The notes below the pieces were generated by a model. The model ran no database searches, had not been told where the DNA came from, and was given only the letters and a program-made list of their open reading frames with translations. A program made the position numbers and the translations under genes. DNA of 33,347 nucleotides. It comes from a bacterium UBP13_UBA5359. Its GTDB lineage: Bacteria; UBP13; UBA5359. Shown here piece after piece: positions 1 to 9,076 of this stretch. Location: assembly GCA_002410925.1 (NCBI GenBank), contig DHPR01000017.1, positions 1 to 33,347 of the forward strand, written 5' to 3'. How positions within the stretch are numbered: the first letter of the stretch is position 1; the number at the start of each line of letters is the position of its first letter.

Positions 1-576
1 CAGCTCACCGGCCTCCTCTCCCAGCGTGACCGCAGTCCGAATCTCTTCCTCCGTTACCAGCGGAGCCGCAGCATCAGTGATACGCCCGCCGGACAGACGA
101 ATTATCCCGTGGCTTATCCAATTGATTACCGCTATCACCGGCGTAAGAATCAAGCTGAAAAGATATATCGGGCCGGCCATCAAAAGCGTTATTCTCTCTG
201 CGAAGACAGCGGCAATTATCTTGGGAGTAACCTCGCCAAAGAGAAGCAGCAGAGCAGTGGTAATGCCGGTGGCAATTAATGCCACCCATCGGTCACTATA
301 TACGCCACCCCATATTTTAAGAGATATCGAGGCTACCAGAACTGAGGCAATGATATTAACGCTCGTATTGCCTACGAGCAATGCGGCAAGCATTTTCTGA
401 GGATGCTCAATGATCATGCTGAGAGCTTTTTGTCTGCGCCATTTATCACCGAGCAGATTTTGCATCTTAACCTTATTTACAGCGAAAAAAGCCGTCTCCG
501 TTCCGGAAAAAGTAGCGGAGAGTAACAACAGCAGAAACAGTAGCCCCAGCTGGAGCGTACTGCCAGGTTCGTCCAA
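1..576 (-). CDS. Hemolysin-family / CNNM (DUF21-CBS) transporter-like protein, 3' part runs off the window
   Basis: Not in the ORF track; translated by hand from TTG at 576 (SD AGGGGGG): MDEPGSTLQLGLLFLLLLLSATFSGTETAFFAVNK...LLVGNTSVNI...LVTEEEIRTAVTLGEEAGEL. These are typical DUF21 motifs (FSGxETA, GNxxVN, TEEEI). Confidence 0.9.
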   Translation of the reverse strand, partial: MDEPGSTLQLGLLFLLLLLSATFSGTETAFFAVNKVKMQNLLGDKWRRQKALSMIIEHPQKMLAALLVGNTSVNIIASVLVASISLKIWGGVYSDRWVALIATGITTALLLLFGEVTPKIIAAVFAERITLLMAGPIYLFSLILTPVIAVINWISHGIIRLSGGRITDAAAPLVTEEEIRTAVTLGEEAGEL

Positions 577-711
577 GAAAAAATCCCCCCTAATACAGAT
601 ACATTGCCTGTCGCTCGTTGCTGCTTAATTCAGAGCTACATTACCGGTAGAGTAAGACCCCATAACCAGCTGCACTTCTGAATTATGAACTTGAATTCTT
701 ATTAGAAAGTA

Positions 712-740
712 ATTATACCCCAACAACTTACAAAGCTCAA
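712..740 (-). promoter_or_regulatory. Sigma70/SigA-type promoter for the CNNM gene
   Basis: Minus strand TTGAGC (740-735), 17 nt, TATAAT (717-712). Confidence 0.6.
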
Positions 741-744
741 CATG

Positions 745-1455
745 CTATATCAGAAACTCAAAGAGTGCGAACGCCATAATCAATCCCACAAGCGAGCCGC
801 CTATTACCTCCATCGGCGTATGCACTTCAGTTTCCAGACGGCTCTGAATTACCAGCAGCGCCAGGCATATGCCGGCTACGGAGATCAGCATGCTTTCGCC
901 GTGTGAAAGCAGAAAAATGGCCGCAGCCAGAAATACCGATACGGCGCTGTGTCCGCTGATTACTCCGCCCTGCATAGGTGTGCCGCGTTTGGTGGCGACC
1001 TTGGCAAAAAGGACTATCATAATAGTTAGAATTATACCGATTAATATTATATAACCTCCGACATTATCGGCCTGCTCAAAGAGCGAGGGGCCCATTTCCT
1101 TCATCCGGTTAAAGAAAAGAAGGTAGCCGACAACAAGCGCATTGATTGATGTCAACAAAACGCCCCCGGCCGCCACATCCTTAGCTATCTTAGCCAGAGA
1201 GGAATACTCTGGAGAAAGAATATCCACAATCGCTTCCAATGATGTGTTTACCATCTCCGAAACCAATACCAGCGTTATGGTTAAAAGAAGAATGATCATT
1301 TCCTGAATATCAAAGGGAGGATTGCTGTACACGGCAAAAAGCAGAGCCGTTGCCGCCATCATCAAATGATAACGCATGTGACGCTGTGTTCTGACTACAT
1401 ATATCAAACCCTCTATGGCAAAATTGAAGCTGTCAAGAAGTTTCTTGTTGCGCAT
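745..1455 (-). CDS. dgkA: Diacylglycerol/undecaprenol kinase (DgkA family) fused to a C-terminal PAP2-like domain
   Basis: SFNFAIEGL, EMVNTSLEAIVD and AKIAKDVAAGGVL are DgkA motifs. The C-terminus has GGVISGHSA...SRLETEVHT (PAP2). It follows ybeY as in the usual gene order. Confidence 0.88.
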   Translation of the reverse strand: MRNKKLLDSFNFAIEGLIYVVRTQRHMRYHLMMAATALLFAVYSNPPFDIQEMIILLLTITLVLVSEMVNTSLEAIVDILSPEYSSLAKIAKDVAAGGVLLTSINALVVGYLLFFNRMKEMGPSLFEQADNVGGYIILIGIILTIMIVLFAKVATKRGTPMQGGVISGHSAVSVFLAAAIFLLSHGESMLISVAGICLALLVIQSRLETEVHTPMEVIGGSLVGLIMAFALFEFLI

Positions 1456-2014
1456 CACTGCTCTTTTCCTTTTTACGGCGTCCCCTCTCTCTGCCGCAAC
1501 GGAATGCTGTCGCCTTGTTAACGGGCTCTTCCTCTTTCTTCGACCGAATCTCTGCCTGTGGCTTATTCAAGCCGTCCGTATCAACCACCAGGCGCCTGAT
1601 GATTGCTGCCTGTTTCTTCATCATCACCTTGCGATCGCAGGCCGTCTGATCATCATAACCTAATAGATGCAGCGTTCCATGTATCAGCAGCATTTCAATC
1701 TCTCTAACAAGCGAATGCCCGGATTCTGCAGCCTGTCTGGCTGCAGTTTCCACCGATACGACTATATCACCAAGATAATCTTTCAACTCCGGGTGATCAC
1801 TCTCAGCCAGATTAAATGATAATACGTCTGTGGAAGAATCCTTGCCGCGGTAGCTCATGTTCAGCCGGGCAATAGTCTCATCATCGACAAGCGCAATCGT
1901 TACTTCGCTCTGCCTGGAGGCCTTCTCGTACCTTATGGTCATCTGTACCGCTTGACGAAGCGGCCATCGCTCCGCTTTATACAGATTCTGCATATCGGAA
2001 ATTGCTATCTTCAT
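1433..2014 (-). CDS. ybeY: rRNA maturation endoribonuclease YbeY
   Basis: LNMSYRGKDSSTDVLSF, LGDIVVS and HGTLHLLGYDD motifs; lies between the 7TM-HD gene and dgkA. Confidence 0.93.
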   Translation of the reverse strand: MKIAISDMQNLYKAERWPLRQAVQMTIRYEKASRQSEVTIALVDDETIARLNMSYRGKDSSTDVLSFNLAESDHPELKDYLGDIVVSVETAARQAAESGHSLVREIEMLLIHGTLHLLGYDDQTACDRKVMMKKQAAIIRRLVVDTDGLNKPQAEIRSKKEEEPVNKATAFRCGRERGRRKKEKSSDAQQETS

Positions 2015-4170
2015 TACTTTACCACTCCAATAGCTCTTCTACCGGGTTTTGCCCGGCAATCGATTACTTCCGGATACTCTATCCGCGGATGAAATATACC
2101 GTTCAAAACCTTGATAAATGCATCAGCTATACGGCTTAAGTCATGAAAAGTCAACTCTGCTTCATCCAATTGGCCATCGCTAAGCCGATCGCGAATAATC
2201 TTGCGCACCAAAGCTTCCACCTTATTGGGAGTTGGCTTGATCATGGAACGTACTGCCGCTTCCACACTATCCGCCAACATAATCAACGCTGCTTCACGAG
2301 TTCTAGGCTTGGGCCCGCCATATCTGAATTGATTCTCCGGCAGCCGGTTGCCTTCCTCACGAGTCATAGCCTGATGATAGAAATAGAGGATCAGATTAGT
2401 GCCGTGATGCTGGGCAATGATATCGACTATTTTCTCCGGAATACGATATTGTCTGGCCAATTCCACCCCATCGCGGATATGCGCAGTTATCACCAATATG
2501 CTCAGATGCGGTGAAATCTTTTCATGAACATTCTCCTGATTCATCTGATTCTCAACAAAAAAATATGGACGCCGTATCTTGCCGATATCATGGTAATAAG
2601 CCCCTACTCTGGTCAGCAAAGGATCAGCACCGACGATTTCAGCGGCTGTTTCCGCCAGATTACCGACAACTATGCTATGGTGATAAGTGCCGGGAGCATC
2701 AGTCAGAAGACGCTTCAGAAGAGGCTCATTGGGATTGCATAATTCCAGTAGATGTATATGGGTGGTCAGCCCAAACGGCTTTTCAAGAAAAGAGAGGCCG
2801 CCGATAACAGCGATTGCAGAGCCTGCTCCGCCAATCATTCCGAATAACGCATTCATTCCGATAATACTCAAGGCCTCGCCGTTAATCAAGGAGACCGCCA
2901 CTATAGTTACAAAGCTTACCAGCCCAACTATAAGTCCGGCCTGCACCAGATCTGAATTCTTATATATTCGCCTGACACTGAACACCGCCACGCAACCGCT
3001 TATCATGGATAAGATGCTGAATTGAAGCTGACCGTTCATAATGATTCCGATAGAAAGGCTGAAAAAAGCAGTCATAAGCATAGCCAGGCTGGTATCGAAA
3101 AGTATAGACATAAGCATAATGGCAGAAAGCACAGGCAGTATCGCCATATACCCGGATAAAATCGGACTTAAAAGCCAGGAAAAAAGCATTCCCGCCACGC
3201 ATATCATGCTCAACAGAAGCAATGCGCTGGCGCTGGCATACACAGCCGGATGGTATTCGCAGATATAATACGCCACCATCATAATATTAATCAGAATAAA
3301 GAAGAGTAATCCGGCCAGAGTAGCATAGTTCACCTCACCCTGATAGAGACCTACAGCCTTAAGCATGGCTATATGTCTGGCCGATACGGTTTCATACTGC
3401 TCTAAAATTATTTCATTCATGGAAACAGGCACATAAACAGGCTTGATTCTTTGCTGTGCCTGCATACGAGCCTGTTCCGTCTTTTCGCTGTTGTATATTC
3501 TGTTAGGGCGCATAACAGCCCTTACGAGCTCTGCTACAGCACCGGTATAACGCTCTTTCAAAAAGGTTTTTTTTAGCTCTCTGGCAATCAGGCTCTCAGC
3601 AACATCGAGATCGATAGTACTATTTCTGATGCCCTGAGCCATAACAATGCGTACAAGCCGCTCACTCAGCCTCTGCAATTGGCCTAAAACCTTGGGATCG
3701 GCCTGCAACAGAGCCGTAATGGTGGTCCGGCTCAATTTCAGGCTTGTGCCGTTCTCTATCTCTTTGGCAGATCTGGCTGTAGCACCCTGACCGCTCGACC
3801 GGGCGTCGGATACAGCCTGATAAAAAGAATTAAGATCTGTAAGAGCGCTCGGAAGAGCAGTAGGATCGGGATCATAAACATCAGCAACCGTATCGGCAGC
3901 CATCTGACGGCGCTTCATCAGGTCAGCCTCATCCGCATATCTGCCGCTTCGCGGTGCCCTTATCTCTTTAGGGCTTACACTTCCCACCTGCAAGCGCGAG
4001 ATAGTTCTATCCGGCATAAATTGGACGGATAATATGGATGCCATAATCATAATTACAGCAACAGCCAGCGCCAATCTGAAAAGACGGGGATTCCATGAAG
4101 AAAGAGAACAGAAAAAGCGCCTGCCTTCTTCATCGTCATTTTTTATTTTTCCTATCAGAGAAAAAAGCAT
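2014..4170 (-). CDS. 7TM-HD family phosphohydrolase (PgpH-like, putative c-di-AMP phosphodiesterase)
   Basis: N-terminal TM helix, extracellular domain, multiple TM helices, then APGTYHHS, YYHDIGK, QHHGT, LADSVEAA. SD GGGAGG upstream. Confidence 0.9.
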   Translation of the reverse strand: MLFSLIGKIKNDDEEGRRFFCSLSSWNPRLFRLALAVAVIMIMASILSVQFMPDRTISRLQVGSVSPKEIRAPRSGRYADEADLMKRRQMAADTVADVYDPDPTALPSALTDLNSFYQAVSDARSSGQGATARSAKEIENGTSLKLSRTTITALLQADPKVLGQLQRLSERLVRIVMAQGIRNSTIDLDVAESLIARELKKTFLKERYTGAVAELVRAVMRPNRIYNSEKTEQARMQAQQRIKPVYVPVSMNEIILEQYETVSARHIAMLKAVGLYQGEVNYATLAGLLFFILINIMMVAYYICEYHPAVYASASALLLLSMICVAGMLFSWLLSPILSGYMAILPVLSAIMLMSILFDTSLAMLMTAFFSLSIGIIMNGQLQFSILSMISGCVAVFSVRRIYKNSDLVQAGLIVGLVSFVTIVAVSLINGEALSIIGMNALFGMIGGAGSAIAVIGGLSFLEKPFGLTTHIHLLELCNPNEPLLKRLLTDAPGTYHHSIVVGNLAETAAEIVGADPLLTRVGAYYHDIGKIRRPYFFVENQMNQENVHEKISPHLSILVITAHIRDGVELARQYRIPEKIVDIIAQHHGTNLILYFYHQAMTREEGNRLPENQFRYGGPKPRTREAALIMLADSVEAAVRSMIKPTPNKVEALVRKIIRDRLSDGQLDEAELTFHDLSRIADAFIKVLNGIFHPRIEYPEVIDCRAKPGRRAIGVVK

Positions 4171-4244
4171 TAGGCCTCCCCAGCTACACGCATTGTAATC
4201 GGCAATAAGAATTAAGCAACTCTTTTGCTGCGTATTCGCTGAGA

Positions 4245-4273
4245 ATTATACCACTGACCATACTATAAAACAA
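4245..4273 (-). promoter_or_regulatory. SigA-type promoter with extended -10 for the 7TM-HD/ybeY/dgkA operon
   Basis: Minus strand TTGTTT, 17 nt, TATAAT, preceded by TG (TGGTATAAT). Confidence 0.6.
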
Positions 4274-4415
4274 TGCGGTGCTCTATTCACCAGGAATTCC
4301 GCAAAGATACACAAAAAGGCAGTCAGGGAGGCCAATAGTAAGAAGATTGGCGCTGGAAGCGCGCATTCCGGCTAATTTCAGAAATCCGGTTAACGCTCCT
4401 TTCATCTTCTGTTTT

Positions 4416-5897
4416 TTATACAAGCTCCCACACCGGCGGCAGATAATCCTTGCCCAGCACTATTGGCCGAATCCCCGCGATCTCACAGGCGTAAAGCAAG
4501 CTCTCTATTTTATCCCCCGCCACTCCCTGAATATGATTGGCAGGGAAGTACTGCAAAAACTCCCGGAAACCGCCCTCCAGCCGCGCATAGACATGCGGCC
4601 AGGTTGGATCCGTCTCCTTTCCTAATTCTTGACGCTGTTTTGCCGGCAGCTCCAAACTCTCTGCAGCCAAGATCACCATGTACGGTTTATCGTTGTAGAA
4701 GCCGAGCCTGGCCAAAGTCAGCTTGCCAGGTGCAGCATCAAACTCAACAGAGGCTCCGCCTGCTTTGAAGTAATATTCCAAAGCCGGATGGAAGGTAATG
4801 TGCTTGAAATTCTCCTGCGGATCAACTGATAAAGCAGCATAGTAACTGGAATGATTTCCACTGTTACATAAATCCCACAGCTCCAGCTCAGGGTGATACA
4901 ATCTAACATCCATAAAAAGTGTTGGCAAGCCCCCTGAGATATATTTCAAAAGCTGCATGGTAACGGCGGCATTGCTATCCGCCTCCGTAGCGCAGACTGT
5001 AGGCTCTTTCGGACCCTTCCAATCATAAGGATCATTGAGCAGCATCTCGGCCACATCGCCTAAGCACACATATTCAGTGAGCTCGCGCTGGCCTTTGATA
5101 CCGCAGAAATCCAGGCCATATTCCTCATTGAGCTTTTTTACGGCCAGATAGAGGCGAATCTGCCTTTCCAGCGTCTTCTCTGTCAGCATGTGCTCATCAT
5201 AGCACAAACGTTCACCTAATAAATTTTCAAACCACCTGCGTCCCTTTTTCACCTCATCTTCTGGAATTCCTTCCATCACTTTTAAAACCATAAGCTGATC
5301 GATCTGGTAAGCTGTGCAGCCGAGTGCTCTTTGAGCAGGTATTAGATGAAAGTAACCTGTCTCCATGCCCATGGAATGACCGCCATAAAGGCCATAGACT
5401 TCATTGCGAATCGTGGTGATGGCCTGGCTTGCCCGCACCCAATTCAACACCTGCTCCACAGTGCCGGAATCCTCTATCTCTCCCACAACACGATGGGTTC
5501 TGCGCCCTGCCTGTCTCAGGGCTCCATCTGTGGCAAGCAGACCCACATTCCCCGGATATTTCCCATTATTGTTGGAAAGGCTCAAAATAGGAATCTCCCT
5601 GCCCAATGAGTTCACCAGAGGCCATACCAGATAGGGAAAATCCCAAACGTTGTAGCACATGATAAGCTGCTTTACATTTGCCCTTGCCAGCTCCTCGCCC
5701 ACCTGCTGCGCCACCCGCACACCGGTTATAGTCTGGGAAGCCACCACTATAGACGGACAATGACCTTCCGCAGTTAGGCGTTCCCGGATTACCTTTGCCC
5801 AAGCCTCTACAGTCGCCATGTTCTCCTGGCTATTTGCCTCATAAACATGGGGCCGTTCATCATTGACCAACACCAGGCCTATTGCTGTACTTCTCAC
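4416..5897 (-). CDS. L-fucose/L-arabinose isomerase family protein (FucI-related)
   Basis: PGNVGLLA, GGHSMGM, GIKGQRELTE, CATEADSN, FMDVR, LCNSG, DPTWPH and ANHI resemble FucI-family motifs. Likely start is GTG at 5897 behind SD AAGGAGG; the ORF track starts at 5939. Confidence 0.82.
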   Translation of the reverse strand: MRSTAIGLVLVNDERPHVYEANSQENMATVEAWAKVIRERLTAEGHCPSIVVASQTITGVRVAQQVGEELARANVKQLIMCYNVWDFPYLVWPLVNSLGREIPILSLSNNNGKYPGNVGLLATDGALRQAGRRTHRVVGEIEDSGTVEQVLNWVRASQAITTIRNEVYGLYGGHSMGMETGYFHLIPAQRALGCTAYQIDQLMVLKVMEGIPEDEVKKGRRWFENLLGERLCYDEHMLTEKTLERQIRLYLAVKKLNEEYGLDFCGIKGQRELTEYVCLGDVAEMLLNDPYDWKGPKEPTVCATEADSNAAVTMQLLKYISGGLPTLFMDVRLYHPELELWDLCNSGNHSSYYAALSVDPQENFKHITFHPALEYYFKAGGASVEFDAAPGKLTLARLGFYNDKPYMVILAAESLELPAKQRQELGKETDPTWPHVYARLEGGFREFLQYFPANHIQGVAGDKIESLLYACEIAGIRPIVLGKDYLPPVWELV

Positions 5898-5917
5898 GAA
5901 AAATCCCTCCTTAAAGT

Positions 5918-5932
5918 CTGTAACCGGTTTCA
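5918..5932. promoter_or_regulatory. LacI-family operator (cre-like) upstream of the isomerase
   Basis: CTGTAACCGGTTTCA, near-palindromic with central CG, identical to 7101-7115. Confidence 0.75.
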
Positions 5933-5947
5933 GAAACATTTAAAAAA

Positions 5948-6946
5948 TTAAACTCTTCTTGCAGACTTACGCTCCAGCAATGTCATCTGCATTACCACCT
6001 CCCGAGGCTTTTGGACATTGCCATCCAGCCTTTCCAAAGCTAATTGTGCAGCCACAGCACCCATGGTTCTCACAGGCTGCGCTACAACTGTAAGGAACGG
6101 ATATACTTGCGAGGCCAGTTCTAAATCATCAAAACAGACTAAAGAGATATCTTCAGGTATAGATAGTCCCATTTGGCGAATGGCGGCAAGTGCTCCGAGG
6201 GCCTCCAGATTATTTGATGTAATTACACATGTCGGAGGACAGGCAAGTGCCAATAGCTTCAGCATACCTTCCCGCCCGCCTTCCTGTTTGAAGTCGCCTG
6301 AAACTATAAGCTTTTCATCAGGCCCCAGACCGTGCTTCTCTAAAGCCTGAAGATAGCCCTCAAGACGCAGCCTGGCAGTGGAGATTCCATCCTTACCTTT
6401 GATAAAGCCAATCTCCCTGTGCCCCAAAGCTACCAGATAATCGACCAGCATCTGAGCGCCCCTGTGATCATCGCTGCGCACGAGATCGGCCTTCAAGCCT
6501 TTGGGCTGCCGGTCTAAAAGGACAAGGGGAATTTCAGCGCTTAAATGTGAGGTTATATGCTTTGCAAAGCTTGCTGTGCTGGCAATAATCAGAGCATCCG
6601 CTCTCTTTTCCATTAGAAAACGCAAAGCTCCGCGCTCTTTATCCATATCTTCATCTGTGTTGAAGAGTATTACAGCAATTTTCTGCGCTGACGCCTGCTC
6701 CTCGATCCCCCGGATGATCTCTGTAAAAAAGGGATTGGTGATATCAGGCACAACCACAGCGATGGTGTTGGTTCGTTTTTTAGTAAGGCTGCTGGCATTG
6801 GCATTGGGAACAAAGCCGGTCTTCCGGAGCACCTTTTGTACTTTCTCACGAGTTTCAGGAGAGACATATCGTTCGTCGTTGATTACCCTTGAGACTGTAG
6901 CTGCCGACACACCGGCCATTTTTGCAATGTCATAAATGCTCGTCAT
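5948..6946 (-). CDS. LacI-family transcriptional regulator
   Basis: SIYDIAKMAGVSAATVSRVIN HTH, followed by a periplasmic-binding-protein-like domain (IPEDISLVCFDD). Confidence 0.96.
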   Translation of the reverse strand: MTSIYDIAKMAGVSAATVSRVINDERYVSPETREKVQKVLRKTGFVPNANASSLTKKRTNTIAVVVPDITNPFFTEIIRGIEEQASAQKIAVILFNTDEDMDKERGALRFLMEKRADALIIASTASFAKHITSHLSAEIPLVLLDRQPKGLKADLVRSDDHRGAQMLVDYLVALGHREIGFIKGKDGISTARLRLEGYLQALEKHGLGPDEKLIVSGDFKQEGGREGMLKLLALACPPTCVITSNNLEALGALAAIRQMGLSIPEDISLVCFDDLELASQVYPFLTVVAQPVRTMGAVAAQLALERLDGNVQKPREVVMQMTLLERKSARRV

Positions 6947-6964
6947 TCTGAAACCCCTTTCAGA
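6947..6964. promoter_or_regulatory. Operator-like inverted repeat covering the RBS of the LacI gene
   Basis: TCTGAAA-CCCC-TTTCAGA, similar to the TGAAACCGGTTACA sites, directly upstream of the ATG at 6946. Confidence 0.45.
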
Positions 6965-7100
6965 TTATATGATATAATTTCTCTCTTTTTTATTAGATTC
7001 CTGCATAATATTAAAAGAAGAAAACTCGAAACAGCCTACTTTACAGCGTAAAGCTAATTTAAGCAGGAAAAGAAGAAGAAAACACGAATAATTACATAAG

Positions 7101-7115
7101 CTGTAACCGGTTTCA
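7101..7115. promoter_or_regulatory. LacI-family operator (cre-like) upstream of the fucosidase
   Basis: CTGTAACCGGTTTCA, identical to 5918-5932, about 15 nt upstream of the SD GGAGGAG. Confidence 0.75.
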
Positions 7116-7136
7116 ATTATCATTTGATTGGAGGAG

Positions 7137-9071
7137 ATGACGTTGCAAATGCGCACGGTTCATCTTGATTTTCACAACAGCTCCTTGCTTGAAAATATCG
7201 GGGCGCAATTCGATCCTGAAAGCTTTGCTCAAAGGCTTCTAGAGGCAAGGGTAGAATCTGTAACCTGCTTTGCCAAGTGCCACCATGGCATGATCTATTA
7301 CTATACCAGGTTGCCTGCCCGGCATCCGCACCTTGAATGCGATCTCTTGCGAGAGCAAATTGCCGCATGCCACAAGGTAGGTATCAAAGTCCCTATTTAT
7401 ATCTCTCTGGGCTTTGATGAAGAGATGGCAAAGCTCCATTTGGATTGGCGAGAGGTATCTGCAGAGGGAAAGCTTGGCGGCAGCACACCGCTGGAAGCCG
7501 GCTGGAAGAAGCTTTGCCTGAATAATGATGCTTATCTTTCCTATGTTGAAGAGCAGATTGCAGAGCTCCTTTCCCTCTTTGATGTTGATGGCTTCTTCTT
7601 CGATATTGTCCATCAGGAAGAGTGCTGCTGTGCTAATTGCCTTGCCTCTATGGAGGAGGAAGGCTACGACCCTGAGATAAGCCAGGAGCGAAAGGCCTTT
7701 GCAGAAAAAGTACTGCTGCGAGTGAAGAAGCGGCTATCCTCTTTCATCTGGGAGCGGAAAGCTGCCTCTTCTGTTTTCTACAATGCAGGCCACATTGCCC
7801 CCGGCATTCGCTCCAGCTTAAAATTCTATTCCCACCTTGAGATCGAATCTCTTCCTACAGGCGGTTGGGGGTATGACCATTTTCCCATAGTCGCGCGCTA
7901 CGCCCGAACTTTGGATCTTCCCTACCTTGGAATGACAGGGCGCTTTCATAAGTCCTGGGCTGAGTATGGCGGCTACAAGGATCCCAGCGCTCTGGAATAT
8001 GAATGCTTAAGAACCATAGCCTTCGGTGCAAGCTGCTCCGTAGGAGACCAGCTGCTGCCGGATGGTCGCCTGGATCCCATAGCTATAAAGCTCATCGGCG
8101 ATACATATGAAACCGTTGCGAAATATGAGCCTTATTTTCAAGGCGCCAAGCCCACTTCCGAGATAGGAGTTGTAATGCCAAAGCCGACAGAAAAGATAAT
8201 CGACGATGCTCTGGCAGGTGCAAACAGAATCCTTGGTCAGGCTCAGTATCAGTTTGATCTGGTGGATAGCCGCTGTGACTGGTCAAAATACTCAGTGCTG
8301 CTTCTTCCTGACCGGATAGAGCTTTCCCGCGAGCCGGCAGCAAAGGTGGCAGAGTATCAACAGAAAGGCGGCAAGGTCCTGGCCAGCTACCACAGCGGCC
8401 TTTGCCAGGGCGAATTTCCACCCGGCTGGCCTCTTGAATATCTGGGTGAGAGCGAGTTTCATCCCGATTATCTTATGCCTGGAAAGGAATGGCAGAGCCT
8501 GGGGCAGATGCCCTTTGTGATGCACGAGCCTGCAGCAGAGATTGCAAGCGAATCCCGGTGGCCGGCAGAGCGATGGCAGCCATTATTCCAAAGAAGCCGG
8601 CGCCACTTTTCAAATCACTTCCATACTCCTCCTCAAGGCCCCATGGGGCGGCCGGGAGCTGTATGCTGGGGAGCCGGCATCTACTTTGCTCACCCCCTCT
8701 TTACCATCTACCGTAAGCATGGCAGCCCTATAGCTCGCAAGCTTGTGCTTGCAGCCTTGAAGGAACTGCTTCCTGAGCCGCTTGTAGTAAGCAACGCCCC
8801 ATCCACTGCACAGCTACTGCTGAACTATCAAGAAAGAGAAAAGCGCTACTGCCTCCATATTCTCCATTATGTGCCGGAAAGGCGCTCTCAGCTGGACCTG
8901 ATTGAGGATCCTTTGCCCCTGGTGGATTTAGAAATCGGTCTTAGAATATCTAAGCCAAAGAGGGTCTATTCTCTTTCAGGCAAGGTGCCGGCTATGGAAT
9001 ACAAAGCCGGGAGAGCCTGGATTAAAATCGATAAAATGGTAGGCCGCCAGTTGATCGTTTTAGAGCAGTAA
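7137..9071 (+). CDS. GH151-like alpha-L-fucosidase (GHL6 N-terminus plus beta-galactosidase trimerization-like domain)
   Basis: VHLDFH, FAKCHHG, DGFFFDIV, HLEIESLPTGGWGYDHFP, LGMTGRFHKSWAEYGG and CSVGDQL motifs. No signal peptide. Divergent from the fucose-isomerase-family gene. Exact start (7137/7143/7149) uncertain. Confidence 0.75.
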   Translation: MTLQMRTVHLDFHNSSLLENIGAQFDPESFAQRLLEARVESVTCFAKCHHGMIYYYTRLPARHPHLECDLLREQIAACHKVGIKVPIYISLGFDEEMAKLHLDWREVSAEGKLGGSTPLEAGWKKLCLNNDAYLSYVEEQIAELLSLFDVDGFFFDIVHQEECCCANCLASMEEEGYDPEISQERKAFAEKVLLRVKKRLSSFIWERKAASSVFYNAGHIAPGIRSSLKFYSHLEIESLPTGGWGYDHFPIVARYARTLDLPYLGMTGRFHKSWAEYGGYKDPSALEYECLRTIAFGASCSVGDQLLPDGRLDPIAIKLIGDTYETVAKYEPYFQGAKPTSEIGVVMPKPTEKIIDDALAGANRILGQAQYQFDLVDSRCDWSKYSVLLLPDRIELSREPAAKVAEYQQKGGKVLASYHSGLCQGEFPPGWPLEYLGESEFHPDYLMPGKEWQSLGQMPFVMHEPAAEIASESRWPAERWQPLFQRSRRHFSNHFHTPPQGPMGRPGAVCWGAGIYFAHPLFTIYRKHGSPIARKLVLAALKELLPEPLVVSNAPSTAQLLLNYQEREKRYCLHILHYVPERRSQLDLIEDPLPLVDLEIGLRISKPKRVYSLSGKVPAMEYKAGRAWIKIDKMVGRQLIVLEQ

Positions 9072-9076
9072 ACGCC

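Noticed and set aside
4181-4241. Possible c-di-AMP (ydaO) riboswitch upstream of the 7TM-HD gene
   Set aside because: The leader is only about 70 nt with short weak stems and lacks the ydaO conserved motifs.
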